Assembly: GCA_002269645.1 (NCBI GenBank)
Contig: NIVC01000094.1
Location: 186,001 to 250,000 of the forward strand
Length of the DNA stretch: 64,000 nt
From: Macrostomum lignano
Lineage: Eukaryota
Reading direction: 5' to 3'
In this document: positions 10,701 through 26,287 of the stretch, one piece after another
Layout: each line of letters opens with the position of its first letter
Numbering within the stretch: the first letter of the stretch is position 1
Notes under the pieces: generated by a model
Seen by the model: only the letters and a program-made list of their open reading frames with translations
The model's database searches: none
What the model was told of the DNA's origin: nothing
Position numbers and translations under genes: made by a program

Positions 10701-13700
10701 GACAGCGGATGATCAGCCGCCACTCCTAGTCGAAGGCAGCGTCTGCAGACTGCCACCGTCCGCTGGCTCCTGTCCTATGACGGACGGAAAACGACTGTTA
10801 AGGTACTTTTACGACCCAACGAAGGATGAATGCCGCACGTTTAAATACACTGGCTGCGGTGGCAACGGGAACAACTTCGAGACTGGCGAGGACTGTCATT
10901 ACGCCTGCAGGAACTACAGTAAGGAAGGGTGCTTATGAATAGTAGTAGTTTAAGTATCGTCTGGCTATTAATTTTCTACATGTAGCTCGTATATCTAAGA
11001 AGCAATTTGAATCAGTTTATTTCAGTTTGACGCAAACTAGGCTCGGTTTCAATGGCACAATAATTGAACTCTGATCCCCCCAGACTCGAGCCGACAGCCT
11101 TTGTGCCAGAGCACAGCACCGGCATGTCCACCCGGAAGCCTGTGCGAAGCGCACCAGAAGCTTTGTAGCGGCAGCTGGATGGCCTTGGACATGATGCAGG
11201 ACCGCTGCCAGCTGCCCAAAGACGCTCCAACACCGCCGAGCGCCGAAACCGAAACTCGGAATACTGCCAATAGCCAGGGACAAGGATTCTACTTTGATTA
11301 TAAAACTTTCAACTGCTACCAGTCCATGGGTAGACACGGAATCGGCATGAACTTCTTCAAATCGTGGGACGAATGCAAGAGCTTCTGCTATCCGGAAAAG
11401 AGACACCTAATCTGCTTCCTGGAGAGCGACCCCGGCCCTTGCAAGGCCAACCTGAAGCGATACTACTTTAATCAGACGACGGGCGCCTGTGAGGAGATGA
11501 CCTACGGTGGGTGCCTTGGCAATCGAAATCGCTTCTTAACGATGAGCGAGTGCAAAAACATGTGCGAAGACCAGCTGCAAAGGGATCCCTGTTTGTACCC
11601 ACCGTCTCACGGCCAGATCTGCCCCGGACAGACCCCGGAAGTCTCGCGAAAGGTAATGTACTTTTACCGAGGTAGCACCAAAAATTGTTACGAGTTCACC
11701 TATAAAGGCTGCGGCGGCAGTCGGAACCTGTTTGCCAGCGGGGAGCAATGCAAGGAGCAGTGCAGAGCCAGCCGAGTCGTCAAGATGCGAAGGCCGCGCG
11801 GGAAGGCTTCCGCTCGCTCGGCCGCACCCACCGCAGCTCGCCTACTAGCCACCACGACAAGCGCCACTACAACGACATCTGATCCAACCACAACAGCCAT
11901 GGAAGCACCGACGCCGACAACAACTTTCGGCATGGAGAAGTGCCTATCAGAGTCACCTGAAGTGGTTACCAAAACGCCAGCGGCCTCTTGTCCGGACGGA
12001 AAGCTCCAAAAGGTGTTCGTGTTCAAGAAAGAGACATTCAGCTGCGAAGTCTTCCAATCGGCGCTTGAATTCTGCGGCGACACGGAGCTGCGCGGTGCCG
12101 CCTTCTGGAGCCGCTCGGCTTGCGAGAGCGCCTGTCCAGTGGCGACGAAGAGTAAGCCGTGTCTGACTCAGTACTTCTATATGTGCTTCTAAACTGTATT
12201 AAAGTAGTTTTAAAGAGATTGAGGCTTGGATTCATCGCGAAAACTGTTGTCACGATTTTTTAAAGTGATGAAAGGCCGCTCCGCTAAAGTCCGCATTAAT
12301 TATTTCAGAGTGCCCAACCAGCTCGCCATGCCCGACAGACTGCAAGTACAAGCGCAGCGTTCAGCAGCTGGACAGCAGCGGCTGCCTCATCTGCCGATGC
12401 TTTGATCCTTGCGAAGGAAAATGCCCGCCAACCGAGCGCTGCAAGGCCAGCTGCAACGATGAGCAGTGCTCCGAGGTCATTGCAAAGTGTTTAGCGTGTG
12501 AGTTTTCATCTGAGTAGTTAAGCTGGCATATCTATTTTGTTGGATTGCATTCTGCTAGGGCTACACTCACCAGCTTGTTTCTCAATCTCTACACTCTACA
12601 CTCAATCAGCTTGCTTATCGAAAGTCGAAATAAAAAGCCGTAGATATTACTCCTGAGGTGAAGAATAAAAAGTAGTATATACTATTTCACCATTTTCACT
12701 ACTTAGTGCTGAAGTTCTAATAGAATTTCGCGGCTTCAATGGTAGGCAGTTATGAATCCCTTGCATTCAGCCAATTTTCAACGAAAAACTCCGCAGTGAC
12801 TCGCCCGGGCGACTGTCCGCCGCTGAAAATCTCTGGCGACGCCTGCGAGCGCCAGTGCGACTTTGACCTCGACTGCCCGGACGAGAGGCAAAAGTGCTGC
12901 CAGAGCGGCTGCGCCCAAGGCCGCTCCTGCCAGAATCCCTACGTGACGCCGCCGCCGCCGACAACAAATCGGCCGCCGCAGGTCCCGTGCGACAAGACGC
13001 CCCACGGCTGCTGCCCGGACGGAGAGACTACGGCGGACAACCCGAGTCTGACTAACTGCCCGCCGTTCGCTCCCAAAAGCAAGTTTCCCAGCCCTATGCA
13101 GAGCATCGTCGTGCTCGAGGGCGTTCGACTGAAATTGGACTGCGGCTTCTTGGCGGTGCCAAAGCCTACTGTGATGTGGCTCAAGGACAACCGGCCGGTG
13201 GTGCAAGACCAGCGAGTCCGCATCGATGGCCAGAAACTGAAGTTGCGCCAAGTCACGGAATCCGACTCGGGCGAATACGAATGCTCCGCTTACAACTCAG
13301 AGGGCCAAGCCGCGCGCAAGATCAGTCTGGCAGTTCAGGTGCCCGCGACCATCCTGAGCCTCGAGGCGCCCGAGCAGCCGCTGCTGGTGCGGGGCGAACA
13401 AATCCAGCTGATCTGCAACGCTACTGGGAAGCCAAAGCCGGAAATCCGCTGGCTGAAGTACGATCAGACGATTCCAGGGGAAATAGTGAGTTTGCTTCTA
13501 GCACACTCTGCTTCTATTCCACATAGATAGCCGTAGATAAAAATAACACTCGAAACTCAAAACGAACGCAGGCCGACACACTGAATCTGACAGTCGGCCC
13601 CGCCGCAGTGGCTGAGTACACCTGCAGGGCCGAGAACGAGGCCGGGCCGCCGGTCCAGGCCAAGACGAGTATTGAATTCCGCGAGCCACTGCGGGCAGCC

Positions 13701-14553
13701 GTTGAAGTCATCAGTCCGGCCGGCAAAACTGAGGAAGGCGGTCGCATCCGGCTGCAGAGCCAGCTAAAAGCGGGGTACCCGGCACCCTTCTTGTATCTCT
13801 GGTTCAAGGAGGTGCAGCAGAGCGAGTCATCAACCAACGGATCAGTCGCAACCGCTGCGCCTCTCGGCACCGGCATGTCTTTGGACTTGGACCCGCTGAA
13901 GCTGTCGCACAGTGGGAGGTACTTCCTGCGGGTCACGAACCAGTTCGAGACAGTGGAGTCTGAGCGAGTTACCGTCACTGTGATGTCCCGTGAGTGTCCT
14001 TTCGACACTGAAATGCTACCCACTGAAAATATCCTCTGCTAAGCAATAGGATTAAAACTCTCGTAAAAGCACACAAGTCATCATCGTTCGGGACGCATCA
14101 GAATCAAAACTGTCAACATTTGCAGAATGTGGCGATGTTCAGTGCGACACCAGGTGTCGCTATGGATACCAGAGGGACAATAAAACCTGTTCAACCTGCC
14201 AGTGCATCAACCCGTGCCAGGACAACACCTGCAATAAAGGCCAGGTCTGCCGGCCATTCTGCCTAGACATCAACGATTGCACTAAGTTCCAGACGGAGTG
14301 CATCTCGGGTAAGCAAATTCTGCTCAACAAACTTTTGGACGACTCAGCTTAAATAACTGAGAAAACAAATTGAAAAACACAACGTATATCTTGAAATTCA
14401 GCCGATACACCGCCGCCAGACTGCTTGGACCAGGACGCTGAATACTGCAGCCTGGTGCTCCAGAATGATGCACGAGCCTGTGAATACGCACAGGCCCAGT
14501 GCTGCAGTTCGTGCTTCGCGCACAGCCTGGCAAGAAGCCGCGACGAAGACTGA
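7742..14553 (+). CDS. Papilin-like extracellular matrix protein, 12 exons, approx. 1665 aa (7742-7838, 8028-9161, 9245-9442, 9593-9829, 9908-10096, 10475-10918, 11084-12151, 12309-12497, 12797-13485, 13572-13989, 14126-14308, 14402-14553)
   Basis: All junctions are GT-AG and in frame (4998 nt total). Order: signal peptide; Thr-rich mucin; about 9 Kunitz-like domains (e.g. CFLESDPGPCKANLKRYYFNQTTGACEEMTYGGCLGNRNRF); antistasin-like module; WAP (RPGDCP...CDFDLDCPDERQKCCQSGC); GCCPDG motif; 3 Ig domains; second antistasin-like module; C-terminal PLAC (CLDQDAEYC...ACEYAQAQCCSSC). Confidence 0.9.
8150..8985 (+). repeat. Coding 21-nt repeat encoding (EEPTTTT)n, about 40 copies
   Basis: In-frame within exon 2 of the papilin-like gene. 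Confidence 0.95.
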
Positions 14554-15409
14554 CTGGAATGATGGCTGCTGGAGTGGCACCGCGAATGGCGGATTTGGAT
14601 CCCAACTTCACCAGAACTGAGAAAACATGAGTAGTTTCTAATCATAATTTCAGAATTACGCGCTGTGAAGCGTTCGGCAATCTAGCAGTGTTTTTTCTTT
14701 GAGTATGCATAGTGTTAATCGATGAGTAGCGCTGTAGCATTATTCATATTTAATTAACTTGTTATCAAACATTTTATCAGTATGTTCTGTACCAATTAAA
14801 CCAATTAGCACTATTTATACACCTCGCTTTAGCAATGCTAGACACTAACTACTTACTCGTGTAAAATGCTGCCCCTTTTAACCCTCGTCTCTTGCCGACC
14901 AACTGCTGCTCTGACGAACTAGCGAACCAGTTTAAGCTGGATCTTTTAACCAGCCGAAATAAATGGATGCTTTTTTCAACTGCAGGAACTCACTTGCACA
15001 CAAAATGCCGTAAACTTGGTCAAGACGTCAAAAGTACCTTTGGATTCTGCGCGTGTTCACATCATACTGGGCTTGTGCAGGAAAATATAAACTACGATTG
15101 CTTATTTATTAGTTAAAAACTGTACTATTCTGAGCCGGGAATGTGTTGTCTATGGTAATTTTTGGATACTACGAGCTATATCATATAATCTCCTCGAAAT
15201 CAGGAGCATTATATGGAACATTGAAGTGAACAAGCCAAAAGTATATTTAGCAACAAACACAACTGACATAACAACAAAACTTAGCATACTCATACTCAAC
15301 TTTCGTCGATTCTTTTTTTAGAGCAGCTTCGTCCAGGGACTCAGCAGAAACTCTAAAAATAAAATCAGAAAATTCTAACCACAGAATGTGAATTAAGTAT
15401 CAGATTAAA

Positions 15410-15606
15410 CATGCCTTTTGAGGGAGTTATTTGTATAAATCACGAGGGCCTGAGGCCCGAGGGATTTATGAAAATAACTCCCGAAAAAGGCATGTGTAAT
15501 CTCGTATAAACCATAGACATAAAGACTTTACGGGATATTATTGAATATTAACAAATAAAATCCTGGAGAACGCAAATATTGTCACGGAAAGTCTTTATTT
15601 CTATGG
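15410..15606. repeat. Two adjacent imperfect palindromes (15410-15494 and 15511-15606), possible non-autonomous transposon
   Basis: catgccttttgagggagttattt...aaataactcccgaaaaaggcatg and ccatagacataaagacttt...aaagtctttatttctatgg are self-complementary. Confidence 0.6.
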
Positions 15607-16387
15607 ATTATGCGGTGTTTATTATTTACATACGCGACTAACTTTGTCGTCACCTCTATGCCGCACAAGCCTCCTAGATTTAAAAAAATATATAATAACC
15701 AATCCAACACAACTACGAGTAATAGTCGCTAAGTCCACATAATTCACGGCTGGTTAATCTGTTTAAAGAGTATCATTTCAATACAGTTTATTAACTAACA
15801 AAATCAATGCACAGCACCATACAGAAATCAAGGACAACAGGTGCAACAGTTGCTACCAGTGGTCCTTGACCCAAATACTCGTATAAGAAATTTCAATCAA
15901 CAGGTATCTATGCGATAAGGCTCTAACTACAGGCTAGGGTGGATAAATATTTTATACTCAATTATGCTAAGGCTACATAAGATTTCTTATATAAGCAACT
16001 AAAATTCTATAAAACCTGTCTTGGCTAATCAAAATGGTTTATAGACTAAAATATCAGTACACCTTGATTGTCAATTATAAACGGACTACGAGAAAACAAA
16101 ATTTCACAATTAAAGGAAAGAATGCTTCAATGCATATTTCCAATCACTGAATAACAATTTGACATGCAATCAAAATGGTCTGTTTTGGAATCTGAAACTA
16201 GATATCATAACAAAATTATGTTGCCATGAGGATTTACAGAGCAGCTCAAGGACGAATCCTAGAAAGGATCTCAGATTCAAAGCGAGAGAATCTACACTAG
16301 CAGATTCCCAGACGGCAGTGAGCTGCGAAATCCGCTATGCTAGACGTGACAGGAACTCGAAATCCTCTCATTCATCCTCTGATCCTC

Positions 16388-17160
16388 TTAGGAACCCTAA
16401 ATCCGCCCCAGTAGGAACCCTAAATCCGCCCCCAAGGAACCCCAAATCCGCCCCAGTAGGAACCCTAAATCCGCCCCAGTAGAAACCCTAAATCCGCCCC
16501 CATTAGGAACCCTAAACCCACCCCCTAGTAGGAACCCTAAAACCACCCCCACCCCAATAGGAACCCTAAATCCGTCCCCCAGTAGGAACCCTAAACCCGC
16601 CCCAGTAGAAACCCTAAACCCGCCACAGTAGGAACCCTAAACCCGCCCCAGTAGGAACTCGAAATCCGCACCAGTAAAAACCCTAAATCCGTCCCCCAGT
16701 AGAAACCCTAAATCCGCCCAGTAGGAACCCTAAATCCGTCCCCCAGTAGGAACCCTAAATCCGCCCAGTAGGAACCTTAAATCCGCCCAGTAGGAACCCT
16801 AAACCCGCCCCAGTAGGAACTCGAAATCCGCACCAGTAAAAACCCTAAATCCGTCCCCCAGTAGGAACCCTAAATCCGCCCAGTAGGAACCCTAAATCCG
16901 CCCACTAGGAACCCCAAATCCGGCCCAGTAGGAACCCTAAATCCGCCCAGTAGGAACCCCAAATCCGGCCCAGTAGGAACCCTAAACCCGCCCCAGTAGG
17001 AACTCGAAATTCGCACCAGTAAAAACCCTAAATCCGTCCCCCAGTAGGAACCCTAAATCCGCCCAGTAGGAACCCTAAATCCACCTAAGTAGGAACCCTA
17101 AATCCGCCCCGCCCCCAGTAGGAACCCAAATCCGCCCCAGTAGGAACCCCAAATCCGCCC
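16388..17160. repeat. About 23-bp minisatellite (agtaggaaccctaaatccgcccc)
   Basis: Tandem copies visible just 3' of glutathione reductase. Confidence 0.95.
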
Positions 17161-17279
17161 TTTTGACATCCGAAATTTGCTGTAAAAGGAATGCAAAATC
17201 CTGCGCAATGCTCAGAGCATGCTCAGATACTCAGTTCAGCATCTCTCCACGCCCCCAGCCCCCGAGTCCAGCGAAGACT

Positions 17280-20245
<2,966 letters not shown>

Positions 20246-21321
20246 TCAAATTATGAAGTCGTTTTTTTTGGTAAACTTATTGCAATAATTTGAAACACAA
20301 GAAATTATATGTTGAGCAGAGAAGACCAGGGTTGTATTGTTAGACAATTAACTAGCAATAAGTAAATTTGTATGCCTATACTTATATATATTATATACAT
20401 TAGACTAGATTGTTTAAATTGCAGACTAGTATAAAATACTGCATAATTAGTAGTTTAAGACACATTAATACTATTGACTCTATATATACTTTTTCTTAGT
20501 ACTTTATTTATAGTAAAAATATCAACATTGCATTCATAAAATTTATATTAGGGAACTTTTATTTGATATCCTATTAAAAAGTAGAGACATGGGAGAAAAT
20601 ATATTAAATAATAATAGCAATTTATATAGTGGAGCCTAAGTAACTTATACACAAATGAAATATCATTCTGCTCATAGTGACATCAAAATATTCAATTGGA
20701 ATATTCAATGGCATAGGCAAGAGGGAAGATAAGGGGATACTAGTATATCCCCCTATGGGGCTATGGGGGTCTAGTGTGGGGGCATGAAATTCATACCTGT
20801 AGTACACCTTTCCACATTCAATTTTGATCAAAGTCCAGTTCTAAAAAAACTAGCAGAAATTCAATTCAGACAATTCAGACTAGGGACAATTTTGTCTATG
20901 GCTAAACCTTGCTTTGGTGGCAGAATGTTTTGAACAGTTGTTTGTTAGTATTGCCCCAGTCTGAATTTGCAACCCTAGTTTAGTATTGCAGTTGCAACAA
21001 AATATAAGTTACAATAAGCCACAATGAGAAAAGCAAACAGTCATGACAATTACTGAAGAGATATATTTGCAATATGGTTGGAGCCTAAAGTGTATCCCTA
21101 ATAAGCTGTCACTTAAATAACTTGCCAAAAATACAAACTAGGCCTATGGTTATACCAAAGAGTAGCCCTATGATCCGGCTAGTAAACTTGCATTTTTAAC
21201 TAGATCATAGATACATTTGTGTAGATTTTATTGTTGAAAACATTCATCTAAAATAGACTATCTATTACAATATCTATCTTTTCCAAAATTTGAAGCTACC
21301 TTACCTTATCTATACCTTACA

Positions 21322-22866
21322 CACAGAATATACACAGAATGCAAATCTCACATTTTGAGAAAATTTTTTGCATAAGAATGGTATTCTATACTGGCTACTC
21401 TTGTTGTGAAGAAAAACTAAGTAGGCTGAATGGCACTTTACCAATTCTTTGCCATTTATTGCGGGTTTGTCCCACAGAATATAGGAAGGCTTGATAGAAC
21501 CAACTCACCCCCTTATAAACTGTGCTATTTTTAGAAACTACTGGCCCTGCCTTCTGCTGCCTCTGTACTCTAAGTTAGTGCTATAGACAGCATACCTTGG
21601 GCGTTCTAGCATGAGCTCGTGGCATGAAAGCATGCAGGTCAAATGCATTATTGATCGCGCTAGCCTGTCTTTGCTGTTTTGCATTCTTTATAGCACAAGC
21701 TAGTGCTGCTGAAGCTAGGTTTGGCTTCAAAAGTGCTAATACTGAAGGCATATCTGCTAGAGTTGAATATGCAGCTTATTGTGATACTGTTTTGCATGCC
21801 TGCGTCTGCTTTGAGGCTTCAGTGTGCACTGCGTATGGATGCCCCAATTACGCTGGCAAGTGTCTGCTAGGCACTAGATTTCACCAGTTTCCAGCAGCCA
21901 GAGAGCATCCAAGGCTGCAGTGAGCCAAGAAGCTCCAGATCCAGTCCACCTGCAGGGCAACACTTGTGACTCAGATCTAACAGAAGCAGGTGATAAGCTC
22001 TTTGCTACATCGGATAACTTAGATCACAAGAAGTGTGCATATGTTGGCAGTTGGTTGCTGTTCTGCTTCTTTAAAACCAAGTGCAAGTGTGAGGTGTGCT
22101 AGCAGGAACTGAAGGGAGCAATTTGATTGGACACGCTTCCTGCGACTGAAGTACAAGCGAGATGACAGCTTAGTCACCCCAAGCAGAGCAGTTATCAGAG
22201 CTGTCACTGAGATGGAATGCCAATTCAAATTGCTGGAAGTGCCAAAGTTCATGCCTGCTGGTGTGTCACACAGAATCAGCAAATTATTGGCCAATTGCAA
22301 CATATTGCGACTCATTGCGCTGAGCACTCAGAGAGATGCGTGATGGGCATTGCGAGGCTATTCTCAAAGCTGCACTTACACCATTGCTGCAATGGGCACA
22401 GGATTGCAGCTCAAGAGAGAAAGCAAGGGCGAGCATTTTGCAATGAGCAATCAAGGAAGTTCAAGAGGATGAGTGTGATTGCATGAGATTTGCAATTTCT
22501 GTTGCGCCTAGCATTTCCTGCCTTGCGTGCAGGGCTAAAACTTAACCTATTGTTATATGTTTGTTACTTTCATTTTTTAGCTTATATATATATGGCAATG
22601 AGGTTATAACAGTTGTTACTACTGCTCATGACTTTGCGTACACACCATTATAAACAAATTAATTACAATGATAGCGTAGCATTTATCTGCAGCATCAAAA
22701 TGATGACTCAAAGCTTTCAAAGGCTGTCTTGAGCTCAATTTTTATATTCAACTTTGCATTTAAAAAATCACAGCTATTTATCAGCTTCACAACATTAGTA
22801 GTGCAAGTGCATTTATTTTCACTTTCATAGAGAACTGCCAATTTGCCATTCTATGTATATTCTATG
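21322..22866 (+). mobile_element. Internally deleted, degenerate THAP/P-element family DNA transposon
   Basis: TIRs: cacagaatatacacagaatgcaaat (21322) versus reverse complement catagaatatacatagaatggcaaat (22866). Flanks accttaca / acctgacc match 6 of 8, consistent with an aged 8-bp TSD. THAP start VCTAYGCPNY...FHQFP (approx. 21820-21895) runs directly into transposase C-terminal-like motifs YVGSWLL...KCEVC and RLKYKRDDSLVTPS, with stops and frameshifts. Confidence 0.75.
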
Positions 22867-23929
22867 ACCTGACCTTATTATAGCCAATAGGAAATGAGGA
22901 AATATATAGACCTACTTCTATCGATGCAGCCATTCAGAGCTGTGGCCATCTTCTTAGTTTGTGGCAATCACGGTCATGCGCCAACAAATTAGAAAAATAA
23001 CCATTTAGACTATAGCTATAAAGGAATATTATAATATCATTTATTAAACGATTCTTTCTAAAAAACAGAAAAAAATTACTAGATTAAAAAATTTTTTAAT
23101 TTAGTAGTTATATTTGCTAGGCCTACGAAGTTTTTTTCTTCCACCAGACACTAAAACATTTTCATATAAATTGGTTAAAAGCAAACAGAGGCCAAAAGAG
23201 TAATACAGTATTACTTAGCTGCTGTCAGTAACACTTTAAAAGCATATTAGGTATTATGACTATGATGAATTCAATAGATTCAAAAACTTAGCTATAAGCA
23301 ACCCGACTTCTATTGTAATTTATACCATTTTTAGTTTTATATATAACCTATAGGATTAAACATAGGCCTATTTTACAATACTAATACTAATAGTGTAAAC
23401 TTTAATAATTGGATGGAACGAGTAGGGGCCTACATAAAACATTCTGTGCTAAAAAAATGTAAACGTAGTAATAAATTAAATAAAGTATTTGGAAGATGTA
23501 TCCTCAACATTGTAACTGTTGTAATAAACTTTAAATAAAGTGAACTGTTTGCTTGAGTTAAAAAACTGCGAAAAGTTGTCTATAGATTCTGGCCGCGCGA
23601 TACTACGCTGCTCTCGTTATTCACGTAGTAGTAGTACGTCGTATCATGATATCTGACCCTTTTTGCTGCACTTATTTGTGACAAGCTGTTGAAACCCGCG
23701 GATTTTGAACCCGGGGAATTCCAATACCCGGAACTACTTTTGCATGTATTCTGAAATCTAAGGCCATACACAAACAAAAACTTGTTAATAGTTAGTAGGA
23801 TAGAGGTAGACATAAAATGGAGCACATTCGTGTAAAATTAGGGTTTGAGACATTGTTGGCTGGGGTACTGCGCAGAATGTCAGGTAATGTCTGTCTGACT
23901 CTAAAACATATATTGCTAAACTCTGGTCT

Positions 23930-24348
23930 CTCCCTGACTCTCCTTACATCCTTGGATCCTTTAAAATTTCTATCGTCTCTTTGTTTCCTCTCATCTCTCT
24001 CGTCCCTCATCTCTCCTGTCTCCTCTCTCCCCTCTTCTCTCGTATCTTCCCTCATCTCTCTTCTCTTTCATCTCTCTTATCTCGTCTCTTGTCTCTTCTT
24101 TTCTCTCTCCTCTCCTCTCCTCTCTCCTCTCTCCCCCTCTCCTCTCTCCTCTCACCCCCTTTTCTCTCTTATCTTCCTTCTCCTTTCTATTCTTTTCTCT
24201 CTTCTCTTAACTCTCTCCTCTACTCTCTCATCTCTCCCCTCTTCTCTCGTCTCTTCCCTCACCTCTTTTCTCTCTCGTCTTTGCTCTCTCATCATTCCTT
24301 TCTCTTCTTTTATCTTTTATCTCTTATCTCTTCTCATTTCTCTCTGCT

Positions 24349-24443
<95 letters not shown>

Positions 24444-25070
24444 TTCTCTCTTTCTCTCTTCTCTGTAACCTCTCCTCTGTTCTCTCTACTCTCCCATCTT
24501 TTATCTGTTCACTTTCGTCTCTGCTCTCTCATCCCCCTCTTTAATCTGACATCTCTGTCTTATTTGTTCTCTCACCTTTTTCCTCTGTACTCTTTTCTTT
24601 CCCCTCTTTTGACTCCTCACTTTCCTTTCTCCTTTCTTCTTTTCTCTTCTCTTCCCTTTTCTATACTCTGTCTCCCTCTCTTCTCTCACTCCACTCTCCT
24701 CTCTCCGTTATCTCTCATCTCTCATTTCTCATCTCTCCTTCCACCTCTCTCATCTCTACAACCTTAGAGATGTAGAGATGTATCTTTATCTCTCCTCTCT
24801 TCCCTTTACTCTCTCATCTCTTCTTTCACCTGTTTCCTCTCTGCTCTCCTCTCTGCTATCTCCTCTCTCCTCTCATCTGCAGCTCTCTGCTCTCTCATCT
24901 CTACTCTCTCCTCTTGCTTTTCCTCTCTCCCCTCTTCTCCCCTCTCTCTCATCGTCCTCACCCCCTCATCTCTCCTATTATCTTTTATCTTTTCTTTTAT
25001 CCCCTCTGTCGCCTCTCCTCTCTTCGAATCGTCTATTCCTTCTTCTTTCCACTCTCATCTGCCCCTCAGC
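23930..25070. repeat. CT-rich low-complexity tract with pure (CT)n core at approx. 24353-24435
   Basis: Directly visible. Confidence 0.95.
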
Positions 25071-25699
25071 CAAGAGCTGGATTCTTTATCTGGCCTTTAA
25101 GGTAAAAGTCTGCCTATCCCTGCTTGGAAAGCCAGTTTGTGGGACGTAGTACTCTCATGGTTGTTCTCATGCTTTGATCACGTCATCTTTCTTGCCAATT
25201 TGCAGCCCTGAAAGGAATTTGTGTATCTTCAGCTCCACTGCAGTCTGTATCAGTCTAACAACCAAGGAAATACGCATTTCTTAGGAGGCCATTTAATATT
25301 TACACAGTACCTTTAAAAGAAACCTAAAATTTCAATGGTGTGCCTAATTTAGTAGGGTTGTATTGCATTGCATCGCATCGCCTTTTCATAAATCTTTCGC
25401 TTTTATAAACCATGCTGGATTCCCTCGATTTGCCAATTGCCATCCAGTGTTAAACTGCTGCAGAGTTTGCCAATACAGAGGGGAGGGCAGGGGTTAGAAT
25501 TTCTCACTAAACTGTTATGGCTAAACGTAGCCTCTCCACTCTCGGGGTGCGAGATTGAGAGAAGGCTATAAATAAAGTTATTCCAAAACACTGTACATTT
25601 GCTATGTACATTCAGTCCTATCGCCTGTCTTCGTCTGGCTCTGGGGGAATGAGTGAGTGAGTGGCACAAACAACAGAAAAAGCAGACAAACTTCACATG

Positions 25700-26287
25700 C
25701 TTACAGTTTCTTTTTCAGTTGAGTTACAGAGTTGAAACTTTACATTTAGACAGAGAATGAGTCAATGAAGAATTGTGTCAAGTTTGAAGTCAATCGCTTT
25801 ACGTGGAGAAAACTTATGGCAGCTGAAAGTTAGTCAATTTTGAAACCCTTTTACACATCTGGGCCCAGATCGGGAAAGAGAGGCAGGCGGGCGGAGGTTG
25901 GGGTGGCTGCCTCGCTGAAAAAAACAGCCTAACTTTAAAAGTGCACAGCGGCTTTCAGGATTAACTTTGAGACTCAAAATTTTACACAATTGTGTCAAAA
26001 TAGTTGAAAATTGCCTGTGTAAAATTTGAAGAGAATCAGTAGAAGTGGAGTGGCGCTATGGAGGATTTAGTGAAAAAATCGCGCATTTTGAGCAGTTTTT
26101 TGTACTTTTAGGTAGGAAGACTTGAGTCTAGGAAATTTAAAGGTAGCCTAAGACATTCTCCGTAGTAAGTTTAGGGTGGGTGTAAAGTTTGGTGTCGTTT
26201 GGTTGAGCAGTTTGGGAGTCCATAGCGATCAAAATTGTCCACACACAGACACACAGACAGAGTTTTGATTTTTATATGTAGAGATAT
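25700..26287. mobile_element. Possible Helentron-associated (HINE/DINE-like) non-autonomous element
   Basis: Repeated tgtgtcaagtttgaag / tgtgtaaaatttgaag motifs, a short acacacagacacacagacag microsatellite, and a ttttatatgtagagat end, an arrangement recalled from such elements. No protein evidence. Confidence 0.3.

Noticed and set aside
20328-20979. hAT-like element suggested by cagggttg ... caaccctag
   Set aside because: The match is only 7-8 bp and no target-site duplication was found.
21624-21923. ORF with a signal-peptide-like start fused to the THAP motif
   Set aside because: It lies inside a degenerate transposon and stops right after the THAP fragment. The hydrophobic start is probably chance.
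23817-25257. Possible two-exon micro-gene MEHIRVKLGFETLLAGVLRRMS|ALKGICVSSAPLQSVSV*
   Set aside because: Splice sites are plausible, but the product is 39 aa, AT-rich and unrecognisable. Insufficient support.
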